A DNA stretch of 64,000 nt from Marsupella aquatica (Eukaryota > Plantae > Marchantiophyta). The stretch covers positions 9,735,839 to 9,799,838 of the forward strand of contig OZ316893.1 of assembly GCA_973895155.1 (NCBI GenBank). Reading direction: 5' to 3'. The position numbers were made by a program, and so were the translations under genes. The notes beneath the pieces were generated by a model. It made no database searches, was not told the DNA's origin, and worked only from the letters and a program-made list of their open reading frames with translations. Positions 50,444-62,263 of the stretch are shown piece by piece. Positions within the stretch are counted from its first letter, which is position 1, and each line of letters begins with the position of its first letter.

Positions 50444-51362
50444 ATCTTAAATGTTTCTAAGGTGAGATATACTCTTCAGTCCAGCTTGGGATTGGTTGTA
50501 TATGCAACATCATTGTGAGAAGTCCATGAAGAAACCTTGGGAGATAGTCTTAAAATACTTAAAAAAAGGCATAATGGCTTGCATCAATTGAGAGGAGGAA
50601 TATCTCAATTGGTTGTATATGAAGTGAGAACTTGCTTGAACAAAGGAAGCAAGAGAAGAAAAAAGGGATGGTCTATTAGTTGAAGGGAAGCAGGGAAAAA
50701 AACTCCCTTGTGGAAAGGAAGCAGCTCAGATGAACTCTCTCCCCAATAGGCTTCATTATTTAAAGTTTTACCAGGAATCTTACGTATGATACGGAAAATG
50801 ACGCTCCCATGGATCCCAACGTTGGTCTTTGAAACCCCCATGGACCAGATTTCCCAAATTTAAATTAAATTGTAATAACGTGATGTTCCAAATATTTTTT
50901 AGTTTTGAGGAAATGCTAGAGGAGTAGGTAAGCTACACTTCCATCAGAGTGGCAATGAATTTTAGGTCATTTTGGTTGAGTTATTCATCACAAAATACAG
51001 TGGGGTAAATTTTATTACATTAATTTTCATTGTGTGAATATGAAATATTAGGGTTTGTGTTTTTATGTCTCCTCCTTCTCTAGTTACCTTGCTATTTAAA
51101 AACTAAAAATTATTTCAAGTCTAATAATCATCAAGTTATAAACCCAAAACTCCCACGGAGCACCAAAATGTGGTCGAAGGGAGTGCTATGTCCAAAGTGG
51201 TGGTCCTTACAGGATTCACTTTCATAGGATATGTCTCTATTGTCCAACATTCATTACTGACTATTCATCAGTAACCACACCATACTTGATCATCTGTACA
51301 AGGTAATACCCAACTCCTGATCTCCTTTCTGGAAATATTATAGACTGCATCTCCATAACACT

Positions 51363-54300
51363 ATGAAGGATTATTTAGTCCTTCTTGGTTTACCTTTTAA
51401 TTTTCTATATGCACCTCTCATGGTCAATGAGTTGGGCCTTGCGGATTCCTCCCTGTCACGTAACAGGTGCCCTGGCCCTGATGGCATTCCAGTGGAATTT
51501 TTTGTGGCTAATTGGCATTTTATTGGACCATCAATGCACAGGGCTCTTACCCTGGGGATTTCTGAAGGGAGATTTTTGGCAAAGTTCACCCAAGGCTTCA
51601 TTGTCCTCCTCTGCAAGAAGGATGACCAACACTACCTCACTAACAAGCGCCCCATTACCTTATTAAATGTAATGTACAAGATCAGGGCTAAGGCTTTCCA
51701 GCTACGTCTCACACCAATTCTTCAACATTTTATTATGCCGCAGAAGTTTGCTTTCCACCCGGGCAAGAATATCCACCATTCGCTGATGCTGCTGAACAAA
51801 ACACTTCACCATGTTGAGACTACTAGTCTGGATTACATTATGATGAAACTTAACATAATTAATATTACAAAAGCCTTTGATAAGTTGGAATGGAGTTTTC
51901 TGCTGACCCTCATGGAGAAGGTGGGCTTTGCAGGCCTATTTACTCGATTATTAACCACTACGCAAGCCTCGACATGTTCATCGATCCTCCTGAATAGGAA
52001 GAGAGCTACCCCTTTAGCTCTTGCTCGTTCAATCAGGCAAGGATGCCCCTATCGCCGCTCTTGTTCCTGATAGCAATCAATGCTCTCAGCCGAATGATTC
52101 CTTGGGGAACTAAGCCCAACGGGGAACCATCCAAGGCGTGCACTTCAATTGGAGGACATTCACTGCATTCACAACTTATTTGCTGATGACCTGGCTATGA
52201 TCATTAGAGTTGCACGGTGGAATTTGTTGACTCTACCAAGAGACTCCTTGACATATTTGGTATGGCATCCAGGCTTTTCTGCATTTGGGAAAAATCCAAG
52301 GCAACTTACATTTCTCCTTGACTGATCCCCATCAAATTTCGACATCTACCCTGGAGGTGGGAGGATGCCTCTACTGCTACCAAGCTACTTGGCATTCCAT
52401 TTGCGCAGGGTATATCGGAACAGCAGATGATTCTTACTCTTGCTGAGAAGCGGGAGGCCTGTCTAGATAAGATAAGGAAGAGTGTGAGATCCTTGGTGGC
52501 TTGTGTCACATTAGTCAACCACTTGGTGCTGAGTACCCTCTGGTACATGCTTATGGTTTGGGCGGGGCAACATCATATCTTGGATGCCCTTCGCAAAAAG
52601 ATCACAACTTTCATCTGGGCTGGGCAGAACAAGTGAGCCCGTCCTCAGGTAAACTTCTCCACGATTATCTGATCCGGCCAAGCAATTCGGTGGGCTGGGA
52701 TTAATTTCCCTCTCTGCACAATTCAGAGCTCTCAAGGGAAATTTCATTTTATGTGCACTTGCAAAAGATGACCACCCCCTGCGACGCATCCTACAACATA
52801 AGATCAAGCAATTGTCCATGCAAAAATGGGGCACTAAAGATTTCTCTTGGGTTGTCTCACAATGCCACACAATGTTGACTGGTGGATCGAGGGTGTGGAC
52901 TAATATTTGCATTGGCTGGAACGTAATTAAGAAGAACCTACAACCCTTGGCACCTGCTCACATAATTATATGGAGGGCTGGCTGGAGTTACCGCTTTGGA
53001 GACCCCATCTCAACCACATTGTGCCCAACCAGGCTAAGTGCTCTAGGAATCCACAGAGGCGAATCATGAGATCGGGTATGGTGAGAATGAAGGATGTGTT
53101 GACCACTCGGGGGGACCTTATTCAGTGGGAGCAGGGACCACATAGGCTGCTCCCGGGCAATTGTACTATGGCCTACAGAAGGATGATCAAGAATCTGGTG
53201 ATCGTACCGGATTGGATTACCATGGAAACCCTCGACAACAAATCCCGGTCTTTATGGAAGTACGGCTACCTTGTGGATCTCTTTTCATCTAGGAGTTTAA
53301 ACTGCAGCGAAACCACATCAAAACTACTTGGAACCAATTCCATGACGCTACATCTTTGGTGAGAACTTTCAAGGTTATGAATGGGCTTCTTTACAAGATT
53401 GCTAACTCGCCCCCCCCATCCGACATTGTACTACACAGAGTTGTGGTGAGATCCCACAAGGCAACCCCTGTAACCCATCAACGAATTGAAAGACCTATCC
53501 ACCACTTGGCAATCCTGCTCCAATATGAATGGAAAGACGACACACCCTTTCTAGAAACAGCACAATTACGGGAGGTTCAGGGCCCACTTAGGAGTACAAT
53601 GCATAAGGCGGTTAGGAAGTGGGCGGCCCGTTTGCATGCAATGGTCACCCAACCTCAAGGTGGTGTGGGCCAATACATGGCTCCCGTTTGATTGGCTGCT
53701 AAAAATGGCTGCTTGTGGCAGCTTATTTACCGCATCCCAGCCACCCATTATTGGAGGTTTCCTACTTTGCCACCATCCGACCCTCTCACCTGGTGCACGA
53801 GATGTGATCTCAGTCAACACGAAGACCTCATTCATTGTATCTGGAGCTGGCCCATTTCCTCCTCTGTATGGCTATGGGTCCAGTTCCGTATGCAGAGTGC
53901 TACCCCAACTCAATGCAACACACTTCATCTTCACCAATACACGTGTTTGTTGGCCAGCCATTGCCAGACACTTGGGACACCCCTGGGAAGTTATGGCATA
54001 CTCTACGAGCTATAGTCTGTTGGATGCTCTGGAAGGATAGAAGCTCGTACTGCATCGAGCATACCAGATCGAATGCTCACCCGAATGCTCATTCTGTTGT
54101 TCAAAAGTCTTGACACCATCTAGGGATATATCTACATAGGGACTGGGCCAAACAGTGTTCCAAAATTTGGGCTGGTAAATCTTCATATGGCAAAGCTCTT
54201 AATTACATGTCATTCAACTACGGGTCCTGGGCTGGATTGTGGGAGACTCACGAAGAAATCCTACAGATCCCACCGGTCCCTCCACATCCCCCTTGAATGT

Positions 54301-54627
54301 TGTTTAGAATTCAGGAGATGAAGTTGCACTGCATGCTAGACCAATAGTTTTGGCTATCACAGACCCATTGTTCGATGCCCCGTCGGCACCTGTCCACTGG
54401 CCGGTCTCTCAGAGCTCTGCCACTCCTTCTGCAGTAGTTAAGTCATCTTGTTTAGCTCCTTCCGTGTGAAGTCTGCTTCTCTCCTGGCACTGGCCTCCCT
54501 GGTTCTCTGGGCTGTTGACATTTGGTCCCCTCCGGGTGCCGACCCCCTTTTTTGTGGGCCACCCATGTGGTATGCTGGCTTTTTGAATGAAATTCATTGA
54601 GTTTTTTAGAGGTAAAAAAAAAAAAAC
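51363..54627 (+). mobile_element. Second LINE, 5'-truncated and heavily frameshifted
   Basis: CPGPDGIPVEFF, RPITLLNVMYKI, KAFDKLEWSFL, SIRQGCP, LFADDL, zf-RVT WCTRC..EDLIHCIW; poly(A) at about 54614-54627. Confidence 0.9.
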
Positions 54628-54940
54628 AGATGAATTCCATCCAAATAGTATTGCCCAGACTCTTGCTGTGATCACATATTATAGCGTTTGACTAATGACT
54701 AATTGCTTAACGTGAATCATGTAATTTTTTGGATAGTGTATCATATGGCCATTTTCATGCTTCAGCCAAACAGGAAATAAGTGACAGAACTTCATCAACA
54801 AAATCTCCTTGAAATCAACAGAACCACAGTCCACCGAAGGACAGACCTGTGGAAGTCTCAACCCAAGACCTTTGCCTCCCAAACTGTAAAGTTATACTAA
54901 GTTGAACACCGCAATCCTATCGTGATAATGTTTGGACTTA

Positions 54941-55244
54941 GGGCTGTCTTGCATGTGCAAGAGTCCTGAAAAATGCGACCCCTAGCAGCCACAGATGTCG
55001 GGAAAAAGTGTGACCCAGGATCTAAGCACAATCAAGAACAGCTTATTCAGTCGGATCTACTGCCATTTTGTTTTATTCAAAGTTCAAAATTTGGGATCTC
55101 AAGGGGCCGGAAAATTTCCGGGCCTTGCCCTTGCATATCCTCCAAAGATGCCATCAGGACTGTCCACTTGTTGCTTCGTTTAGAGATCTCATGGGTTCAT
55201 TTGAGGGCCTAAAATAAAAGGACCTTGGACATGCAAAACTACCC
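54941..55244. mobile_element. Tourist-like MITE (304 bp)
   Basis: TTA TSD on both sides (54938-54940, 55245-55247). Imperfect TIRs GGGCTGTCTTGCATGTGCAAG / GGGTAGTTTTGCATGTCCAAG (reverse complement), 17/21 identical. Confidence 0.78.
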
Positions 55245-56822
55245 TTAATAATCATATCAAAACTACCAAACTGGTTCCGGACAGTGTGCAGCCGCTCGGC
55301 TAATCTCCGGCAGTGCATTATTAGTTAGCCTCGAGATTGTTGTTGATCGGATCAATTGTGGACCGACACTCCAATCGAACCTGATACACAGCCGCCTCCG
55401 CATGCAGCACAGCGGCTTATAACTCCACCACACTAGTTTCGATCCTCACTAGATTCTATGGGCGTGTACTAGACATTACCTCACCAATCGGTAAGTACCC
55501 AAAGCAAATCATTTCAGCCGATTTATGAGTACTACTGGAGAATATTGAGCCGCAGAGGAGAGGATCTGCTGTAATCTGTGCACAAGCAGCCGAGAGCTCC
55601 AATTCTTTGACTCGTCAGGGGCGAGCAGAGGATGAGGTCAGATCTCTGATGTAATGAGTGCACAAGCAGCTGATAGCTCCTGTACTTCAGTCATGGCTTT
55701 CAGTCTACTAGTTCAAATGTAGCGAATGTGAAATACTCTCTCGTCGTCGAGTCTCCTCTGATTTTGTCTAGGAGGATTATACTCTTGCTAAAATCCAGGG
55801 ACCGTAGCCGGTATAAAAATGGATCGTTCAGTTTTACATTTTAAGTCAAGCGGTCTAGAATTTTCTGCGGATTTCCGAAAGCTCTAAGTAGCCCCTCTTT
55901 TTCATCCAACGCTAAATCGGACTTTCTCTCCCTAGAGGGAATGATGACCTGTGGGACTGCTGTGCTATGAATAAAAGAGATGTAATGGGACTCTGGGAGC
56001 TTTTGGAGTGGGAGCTTTCGGTGGTAGCGATGTACTGTACTCGCGATGCCCGAAGTTTGTGGTGTTATGTCGGAATCAAAAGGTTTGAAGACTTCACATC
56101 AGAGGCCGGTTCATTTTTGAGTGGATCTCAAAGTACTTGCCCAAATCCATAGTGTAAAGTAGTAAAGTACGTATAATGCTCCGTTGGATGCCACGTGAAT
56201 TGTTGCTGCAGCGTACTATGTCTGTAATTGCCTCCCGCGAGGGAGTCCTCCGAAATAAATGCCCAGGGCTGCCTGCCGGAGGGCTTTGGTTGGGACAACT
56301 CTCGAGCGGGAGTACTTTAATTTTCTGTGACTGAGTCCAGTAATGAGGTGGACACATAACGGCGGCGACATACCTGTTCCCTCGAAGGCTCCGAATAGGG
56401 ACAGCTTCTAATGATATACGCTGTTGCGCTAACGGCAGGTCTGTTTTCAATGTTGCAACTCTCGTGAGCCAATTCAAAAGCCTCAAAGTCTCAAACATTG
56501 TTTGTGTTTCGTGGCATTTTCAGGTGGTTCCTTGCGTAATGCATGATGGCGAGGAATTTGCGATCATTCTACTGCAGGTTGTTAATACAGTAGCACATTC
56601 GGAGCGTGACAGGTAGCAAAGATTCATGTATACCATGACGGAGAGGATAGTTGCACCGTGCTCGGGTTGGAGTCACTACTGCCAATGTGATTGAATGTCT
56701 GCATGGACAGTGGGCGTTCGAGCTCGATCCTTGAATGGCATTGACTTGCAATTTAGCGTGGGTCGTTGATTTTGATTAGCAGCTGGTTGCAAGCTAGGCG
56801 TCCGACTTGGCGGACCGCAGCA

Positions 56823-59800
56823 ATGAGGTTCAAGCAAGACTTCGTGGTCAGTGTGCAATCCCTTTGCTTTTCCCAAGATAGCGTAAGCGTCACCTTCAAA
56901 CGACCTCGTGACAAGGAGCGCATCGACGATGCTGTGGATCTCATCAACGAAGGGTACCTCTCGCCAAGAGCATTTCCGAACATGAGGGTGGTCGAATTTC
57001 AAGGTCGCCTATGGTCGCTGGACAACAGGCGGCTGTGGGTGTTTAAGAAGGCAAGGGTGCCCTCCATCACGGTTACGCCAGTGGGCTGTAAATTTCATGA
57101 CGGATTCGAGTCACTTCTGACGACGTCCCCAAAATTGTATGCGAAGCTGTCTAGTCCAGGATTCTTCCCGCGACCGCGCGGGTACTGCAAGGAAATCTTC
57201 ACTGACGTTCATACGGATCCAGCTGAACTGCCAACTTCTCTCTCGCCTCCTCCGACTCCTCATGCACGAGGAGGCCGTCGACAGGTGGAGGTCGAGATGC
57301 CCACCAGAATGTCCAAGCAATCAATTCCCTCAGGTGCTCCTCCATATGTCCGTGAGCCAGATAGGCCTCCAAAGAGAACCAAATCTCCCCCTCCTTTCAA
57401 TGTGGCGAAGGTCTCTAATAGCAACTCCAAGCACAGGTTTTTTTACGATAATTATTACCATGCCCCGCCTGATTTCAGGAGCCAGCAGTATGATAATCAG
57501 TACCATGACCCGTATCAATTGAGGAGCCAGCGTCCGGATCTGGAGCAACAGACGCCCAGAATGCGAGGCTCTGTCGTACCACCTCGATCTCCAGAGAAAT
57601 ATAGCCCCGATAGGCCTCCTTTTCTGAATACAAAACGACGACACCATGGATCTGAGCATGATCGTCATTCCCCAAGATCGAGACAGGAAGCGTGTTTTCC
57701 ACGTCCATCTAAGAAGCAGAGAGCTCCATCCCAAGTGAGCGAATTGAAATCTTTCTCTTCACACCCGTCACGGACGGCCTTTCAGGAGTGCCCTCCACAT
57801 CCGGCAACGAAGTCGACCAAAAATCCAGCTCGCGTGAGAGAGACCTCCAAAGACTCATCTCCACCGTTATTGAGGAGGCTGCATCAAGAGTCTGTGAGGC
57901 CTCCATATCACAGGAGGGGGTTGAACGCTTCGGTGCCGAAGCCCCCAGTCCCGACCCCACGAGATAGACCGAGAGCAGCTCCACGCGTACGTCTCGCTAA
58001 GGAAGCCAGACCTCCGTCACCCGCGAGGACTCGATCTTCACAGAGGGCCGCCGATCGACCTGGAAATGTTCCATCCGTCCGCACCCCGGATCGCAAAGCC
58101 TACGATTCTAATGGGCAGCAGCCCTCCCGACAGAAGCCTCTCGACCAACGTCAGTCTGCTCGTCCTTCCGTGTCTACGGACATATATCCTCAGAGGCGCC
58201 GAGAGGCCAAGAGCTCTACATGTGCAGCTGCAGCTCCAGATAAATCTTCATCGCCACCAGCATCCGCTGCGAAAAGAGGCAGGGCTAGTAGGGCGACGAG
58301 CAATCCGAAGAATTTCAGCTATGGCTTCCACACCTCTCGAAAGAGGGCCAGAGCCTCTAGAGGCTCAAAGAAAGCAGGTGCTCCGACACCGAGCACGGAG
58401 TGCTTGTCGACGCAATTGCCTTCTCATGTTCCTGACGCGAGTGTTCCGTCGTCCGCCTCGCCAAAAACTCACCGTGCTTCGACTGGGAAGCCACCACAGC
58501 CTCGCGCGTCTTCCTCGACGAACGCTAACCTGTCAACGGCAACGATGAAACGGCAGATCATGGACGACAACTTCACTTCAGATGTCATTGATCCGAACGA
58601 AAATCAGGGCCAGCATGAGCCAGAATCTGGGGTCATTTCGCCTACCACAAAGACCAGACAGGAGCAGGAGCAGGAGCAGGAGGCACCGGAGATTGTGGAT
58701 TTTGCTTCTAGGGGAGAATTCCTGTCGGACACTGCAAGTAATCTCTTCAAGTTGGACGTCAAGCAAGCTACACCTGCAGACCCCGAGCTGCCTCCGATAA
58801 TAAAGGACCCAAAGGATCCGCAAGTAACACTGGACCCAAAGGATGTGCGAGTATTGGATGAAATTTTACAACAGTTTCAGAAGGGAGAGAAGAGTGCAGC
58901 TCCTCAGACAGTTCACACAAAGTCCACAGAGAACACACTTCTAAAGGAGCCAAGTGTAGAAGCTGAAAGTCTCAATAACTTACCATCTCGGACCCGTCCA
59001 ATTGATGTTCACCAAGCTGCTGCTGATTTAGGTGTCACAGTCACGGCTGGCTTGGAGCCTACCAAGGTCCAGGTACGAATAAACTTTACGCCATCAATTA
59101 TTTTGCCGTCCTACTGCATCCCCACTTGTTGACAGCTCCATTTTCTTCAAGAGATCAGTGACCTTCCTTCCAACCATTCCGTCTGGCATTCTGGCTGCTG
59201 AGCTCTATGGAACTAGAGTCTATAGCAATCAACTCCTCAGGCTGCCCCCGTATGTCCATCGCTGGACTGCGCATATGTTGGAACTTTGGTTTCGTGTGCT
59301 AGCTCGGCTTCAACTCATCACTGCTTGATTACCCGCTGGATTAATTCCCACATAGAACTCACTTTGATTCTCTACTTCAATTCCGGACTGCTCGATTACT
59401 CGCTGTATTATGTACTACGTCGAATTTTCAATCTCTGGCAGGCATCTACTCCTGTAGAAGACGTCCTGGAGCCCCAGACTGGAGCCAAAGCGGGCCGTGC
59501 CATTAATCATCAACAGGTTATCCCTGAGCACTTAATGGAGCAATAATTTATTTTCCATATCCAATTCATTTAGATCTTGATTCATCCGCAAACGGTCTAT
59601 CGTTTTGTCCTCAGTGTCATCCGTTATGTTACGCATCTTAATTCTAAGCAACAGAATCGCGAGACTGTTAATAACCTTCCTGATGAAATTAAAAATCGAT
59701 TGTGCGGTATTGTGACTTTGGTTTGCTCGTGTTGTAATCGAAGCTTTTGGGTCATGGCGATTCTCGTTATTGTCTATTAAGTCTTCGCCTGATTGATGGA

Positions 59801-62263
59801 TAGAGGGGACGGTGCTGTCAATCTTTTTCTACAGGAGCAGCGGGCATTGTCAAGGCGCAAAGGATTCTTGGAGACGGCTCGGACCACAAACAGTGAAATT
59901 AACCCCGGAGGCACTAAAACGACGCGAGTAAATGCAATTACCATGCCATCCTCGCTGGGCTAAGAAGTGGACTGTCCCTTGTTTGCCATTTAAGTTGTGC
60001 ATCTATGCTCCACAATTATAGGCCAGTGCAGAGCCTCTAAAGCGGTCAGTTACTTGTCACTGGGCTGGAAGCTTGCGAATTGTTGCATGGAGCAGGTCTC
60101 CTGAAGACCTCCAGCCCTTCCTGGTTGAAGTTGGGAACTTCCTCTAGTGGATCGTCCCGTTATTGCCAGCTAAGTTTGTGCGTCTATATTTATCGGACCA
60201 GTACAGAGCCTCTAAACGCGGTCAGCTACCTGTCATTGGTTTTAAGAGCTGGAAGCTTGAGAATTGTTGGAGCAGGTCTCCGGCTAGACCACCAGCCATT
60301 CCTGGTTGAAGTTGGGAACATCCTCTACTGCTCCCAGCAGGCTTTAATTTGGATTCTATATCAGTCTGATGTAACTGAGGGGTCCAAGCTTGGCACCCAT
60401 TGACCTGGTACATGGTAGCAGGCTTTTCAGGTTCAAGTTACCACAAGATGGCCACCTATTGCTAACAGCATTCCTACACGGTTCTCAATACTGAATGTTG
60501 TTAAGGCCTCTCAACTCCAGTGCATAACTTAGTAAACCCTGGCAAATCTGAAGCATTCTGGAACCCGTTTACCAGCTAGTCCTTTGGATGATGTGGAAAG
60601 TACCTGGTCCAGCAGAGGTCATCCTAACTTTCCGTGGTGGTGCTTACTCCCATTTGCGATGTGAACGCAGTTTTCCTGATTTCTGTGCCATCTATTCCTT
60701 GTTTGTGCTTCGTTTTCATTGCCCAACTTTTGGCTTATTCGTGTTGTGATCTGCAGGCAAACCCAATATTTTCAAATGAGGTTCCGGAAGTTTCCAAGCG
60801 CATCACTCGAGGTCAACTCAAAATGGAAAAGGCAATGGAAAGGAGAAAGGAGAGAGAGAAGAGAAGGGCGCTGAGAGAAGCAGAGAAGAAAAAGGAGCGA
60901 GAAGCCAATTCCGTACACATGAAAGAGAAATCTGTCACTCCTTCCAAAAATTTGACCACAGCAATTGTCCCCTATGATGCTGCGAGAAGTAAGGAAATGT
61001 CGAAGACAGTGCAGACTGGAGACATGGCGTACGTGAAAGTTATAGGAGAACTTCCAACGATCGGAGTGGAAGGACGAAGAAGACAGCATCCATACTTGCG
61101 GTTCTTAGGGCCATTCATAGTTAAAAGAAAGGTGAAGCACAAATTTCTCCCATTGACATTTTTTATCATCTCTTTTTGGTAACTAGCAAGAATTAATATA
61201 GCATCCACTCGAACAACCAACACGAACGCTTACACTCGAGCCTACTTAAGTCTCTACGTTTAGGCTAGACCTTTCTGTCCCATGTATTGTTGTATAATGT
61301 GATCACGTTTTTTTCCTGTCAAATGTGATTTTGTTTTGGTTTTGGAATTGCGTTTATTTTCTCATTAGCACTTTTCTCGTGGCGCTCTTAGCATTACCCA
61401 CAGAATCAGCCGAAGTGGTATTCATGCGGCATTTTCTCGCTTTCGGTGTTAATTTCCAAATTGTGATATTCTGTTCCCACTTTCGCAACCAGGCAATGGT
61501 CAGACAGGTTATTTGACGTGATCGGAGCATTACGTAGCTTCCCTACTTCCAGATCTTTCTGTTCATTTTCATAGAATTTTTCCGTCCAGCCACTATCCCA
61601 TGCATCCATCTAAGATCGGATCACTTTTGTCACCGTGTGTAAATCTTTCAGCGGCGAGGACTTGGCGGTATTGCTTCACTCCGAATTTATTCCGCTTACG
61701 CAAATAGAAATTGTGATCGTTTCGTAAAGATTGGACGGTCTTCTGTAGCAGTCTGTATATTTAATAACTTTGGTGGTCTTCGGATTGGAATGGATCGTTA
61801 TATTCTAAGATAGAATATCCATGAAAATGATCCATTCCAACCCATTCTGATCATATTGCCAATTTCATGTTAGATCCTGTAAGATTTCTCTGTGCTTACA
61901 AATGACGTGGTGGTGCAGTACAATGCATACACGGCCCTGGTGGAGCTACCTGACGATTGCTGCCTGAAACGTGCCTTCAGTGTGAAAGTCTTGACGAAGA
62001 GTCGTAGTCCAGTGCAGACCTACTTGCCTGACCACAGGCTTTCAATAACATTAGTACCAGAGACAGTCCTCAACAAAAGGGTGGCAAGAAGGTTGAGGAA
62101 AAGGAAGGTGATACACTACTTGGTGAAGTGGAAGACTCTCCCAGCCACTGAAGCAACATGGGAGCCTGAGACTATCTTTGATGAGCATCCACATCTGCTA
62201 GATCAGGCTGATTCGCCGTCGCTTTGCAATCCTTACTTGCTTCGGAACTGGAAAGCCTGGTAG
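56823..62263 (+). CDS. Predicted ~1045-aa protein: ParB/Srx-like domain + basic disordered linker + gypsy integrase-derived GPY/F module + chromodomain; exons 56823-59072, 59442-59516, 59835-59927, 60757-61131, 61919-62263
   Basis: All exons are open and all four introns are GT-AG and phase 0. N-terminus FSQDSV..F...RVVEFQGRLWSLDNRRLWVFK. C-terminus TGDMAYVK...RFLGPFIVKRK|YNAYTALVELP...PETVLNKR..YLVKWK..EATWE. Probable 5'UTR intron 55491-56523. Confidence 0.72.
60029..60330 (+). repeat. ~120-bp diverged duplication inside intron 3 of the ParB-chromo gene
   Basis: CAGAGCCTCTAAA..GCGGTCAG...GCTGGAAGCTTG.GAATTGTTG...TTCCTGGTTGAAGTTGGGAAC.TCCTCTA at about 60029-60149 and 60204-60330. Confidence 0.8.

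Noticed and set aside
50880-51125. Possible MITE from AT-rich inverted repeats (TTTTTAGTTTT / AAAACTAAAAA)
   Set aside because: Low complexity and no definable TSD.
61892-62263. Stand-alone gypsy retrotransposon fragment
   Set aside because: No LTR, RT or integrase core adjacent; it splices in frame to the upstream GPF exon, so it is treated as an exon.
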